A stretch of DNA of 52,986 nt from Welwitschia mirabilis (taxonomy: Eukaryota): assembly GCA_051453625.1 (NCBI GenBank), contig JBOZIK010000001.1:18608951-18661936 (forward strand). The letters run 5' to 3'. The position numbers were made by a program, and so were the translations under genes. The notes under the pieces were generated by a model that worked only from the letters and a program-made list of their open reading frames with translations, had not been told where the DNA came from and ran no database searches. This document shows, piece after piece, positions 50,690 to 52,986 of the stretch; the stretch's first letter is position 1; each line of letters opens with the position of its first letter.

Positions 50690-51620
50690 AGGTGATGTTA
50701 CATTAGTGCTTTGACATTACATAGCAAAGCCTCACAACACATTTGGGTGTTTAACATCACGTTTGTAATGCTGACACTACAGTTGAAAGGCCAATGTTAT
50801 GGTTGCCTTAGCATCACACTAATAGAATTGATGTTACATAGCCATGAAATCACACTTCAATGCTAATGTCACATTGGGAAGTTGCATTTTAAATTTACTT
50901 TAACATTGCACTAGTGGACCTAACGTTAAATTATGAGCTTGAATGTTACACATTGAGATCCAATATCATAGTAAGAATCTTAATATTTCCAATATTATAG
51001 TAAGAATCTTAACATCACATGTTCCTTGGTGTCATAATATTAGACTTTATGTTACATATTGAGACCAACGTTATACTATTGTGTCTAGCATCACATTGTA
51101 AAGCTTAACATCATGCTTGTCTTGATGTCACATTAGTGGATTTGACATTATATATTGAGCCTTAATGTCACATTATGAGGTCCAACATTGCATTATGAAT
51201 CCTAAAATGACACTTACCCTAATAACACTATTGTAAGACTAATATTACACAATGAGCCTGACATTGCACTATCAAGTCCGATGTTATACATTGAGCCCCA
51301 ATTCCATACTTGCCTTAATGTTTCATTAGTGAGCCTAATGTCACATTATGAATATTAATATTACACTTTTCCTAATGTTGCACTAGTGGGTTTGGCATTA
51401 ACTATGAAGCTCTGATGTTGTACTATAAGGATAGATATTATACTTATTTAAACATCACATTATGGAGCTTGACATTGTAGTATGAAGTCAAATATCACAC
51501 AGTGAAACTGCATTATAGTTATCTTAACATCATGTTATAAAGTCCTCTTATCATATAGTAAAGTTCAATGTCACATCATGGAGCTTAATATCAAAGTATG
51601 AAGCCCAATGTCACACTTAA
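50690..51620. repeat. Degenerate minisatellite, ~17-21-bp units, core YRAYRTYRCA
   Basis: Dozens of variants: AATGTCACA, AACATCACA, GACATTGCA, GATGTTACA, AACGTTATA. Confidence 0.8.
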
Positions 51621-52986
51621 ATACCTGAGATAAACATCTTAGTTACTAGAAGTTTATGAAATCAATCAAAGTAGCTTAATAATTAAGTAAGTTACATATC
51701 CACTATACTAGTTATTCAATCCTTTTAAATGAAGACTACATAAATAAACTTCTAGTTTTCCATTTATAACATTAGGAAGTAATGAAACGCATTAATGACT
51801 TATGGAAAAGGGAATAAATGTTATTATTAACATTGAATCTCAACTAAGTAGCATGTACTCTTAAAATGAAGAAAATTTTTGAAAGATAGATGAAAATCAT
51901 TCCCAAATTGCTGGTAAGATTGATAATATCTTGAATTATTAGAAAGACAGATCATGAGAGTTAGCATTTATGATATCTAACAACACTAGAAGATCATGAA
52001 AATTTCATCTTCAACCTAACTTCAAAGTCAAGATATAACTCTCCATATAGAGAGCCTAATCTACAAAGTTTACAATTAAGACTCATTAATGTAAGTGTCA
52101 ATATTTAGGCATGCTTATCTAATGAATCCCTTCGCCACACATAAAAAACGTGAGGAGGTAGTAGGGATAATTTTCCCTAAAGTCTATTAAGAACAAATCA
52201 CTACTAGTGAGGAGGCTATGGCATGATTAGAATAGACAGTGTACTACTTTCTCATTAAAAAACATTCCTCTTAATAGAAGATGTGTTTATGCTCCTATCT
52301 TTATTATAGAAGATGCTTTAGAGTGATGGATAAGATTAGAGCAAAAGTATAGGAATTTTGTCAATGACATACATTCATGAATGATTTAGAAAAGACGTTT
52401 AGTCTTGATGATTTTATTAAAGATTAGTACAAGAAATATAGGAGCAATAAAAAATGCCTTAAAGGCTTTTAAGACCTTCTTTTCACAAAACGCTTTAAGG
52501 TGTTTTTAAGGTGTTTTTATTAACATCATGTTATAAAGCCCTCTTATCATATAGTAAAGTTCAATGTCACATCATGGAGCTTAATATCAAAGTATGAAGC
52601 CTAATGTCATACTTAAATACCTGAGATAAATATCTTAGTTACTAGAAGTTTGTGAAATCAATCAAAGTAGCTTAATAATTAAGTAAGTTACATATCCACT
52701 ATACTATTTATTCAATCCTCTAAAATGAAGACTACATAAATAAACTTCTATTTTTCCATTTATAACATTAGGAAGTAATGAAACGCATCAAGGACTTATG
52801 GAAAAGGGAATAAATGTTATTATTAACATTGAATCTCAACTAAGTAGCATATACTCTTAAAATGAAGAAAATTTTTGAAAGATAGATGAAAATCATTCCC
52901 AAATTGCTAGTAAGATTGATAATATCTTGAATTATTAGAAAGACAGATCATGAGAGTTAGCATTTATGATATCTAACAACACTAGA
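51524..52986. repeat. Direct duplication with a 996-bp offset (51524-51990 vs 52520-52986), running off the window
   Basis: Near-identical, with a few substitutions and no intervening gap. Confidence 0.93.
51620..52525 (+). mobile_element. Possible hAT 3'-end relic
   Basis: PNLQ(K)F.IK-like words near 52055 and a terminal AAGGTGTTTTT repeat resembling CpG-decayed hAT subterminal AAGGCG motifs. Confidence 0.3.

Noticed and set aside
50690-51620. CRISPR-like repeat/spacer appearance
   Set aside because: Units are too short and degenerate, the spacers are related to each other, the context is plant nuclear DNA, and no cas genes are present.

Overview
AT-rich, CpG-depleted plant nuclear DNA from a short-read scaffold; many 100-N gaps are flanked by exact 77-bp overlaps. 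Most of the window is decayed transposons. 1-13.6 kb holds nested Ty1/copia elements, including a Sirevirus-like element with an env-like ORF. 35.6-41.2 kb holds L1-type LINE relics, 43.4-47.3 kb a CRM-like Ty3/gypsy relic, and the end has copia and possible hAT relics plus a CpG-decayed minisatellite. The main feature is a ~19.4-kb imperfect palindrome (~14003-33428). Its arms are a mosaic of LRR, PPR, LINE, LRR-I-type receptor-kinase and SWIM/MULE fragments. One ~4-kb unit is present three times (two direct, one inverted), and the ~1-kb loop is homologous to the interior of the gypsy element 18 kb away. The only convincing host gene (3 clear exons, minus strand, 34647-33928) points straight into the palindrome, so the locus could produce long hairpin RNA. 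That is inference and untested. All identities and family assignments are by eye; no searches were run.
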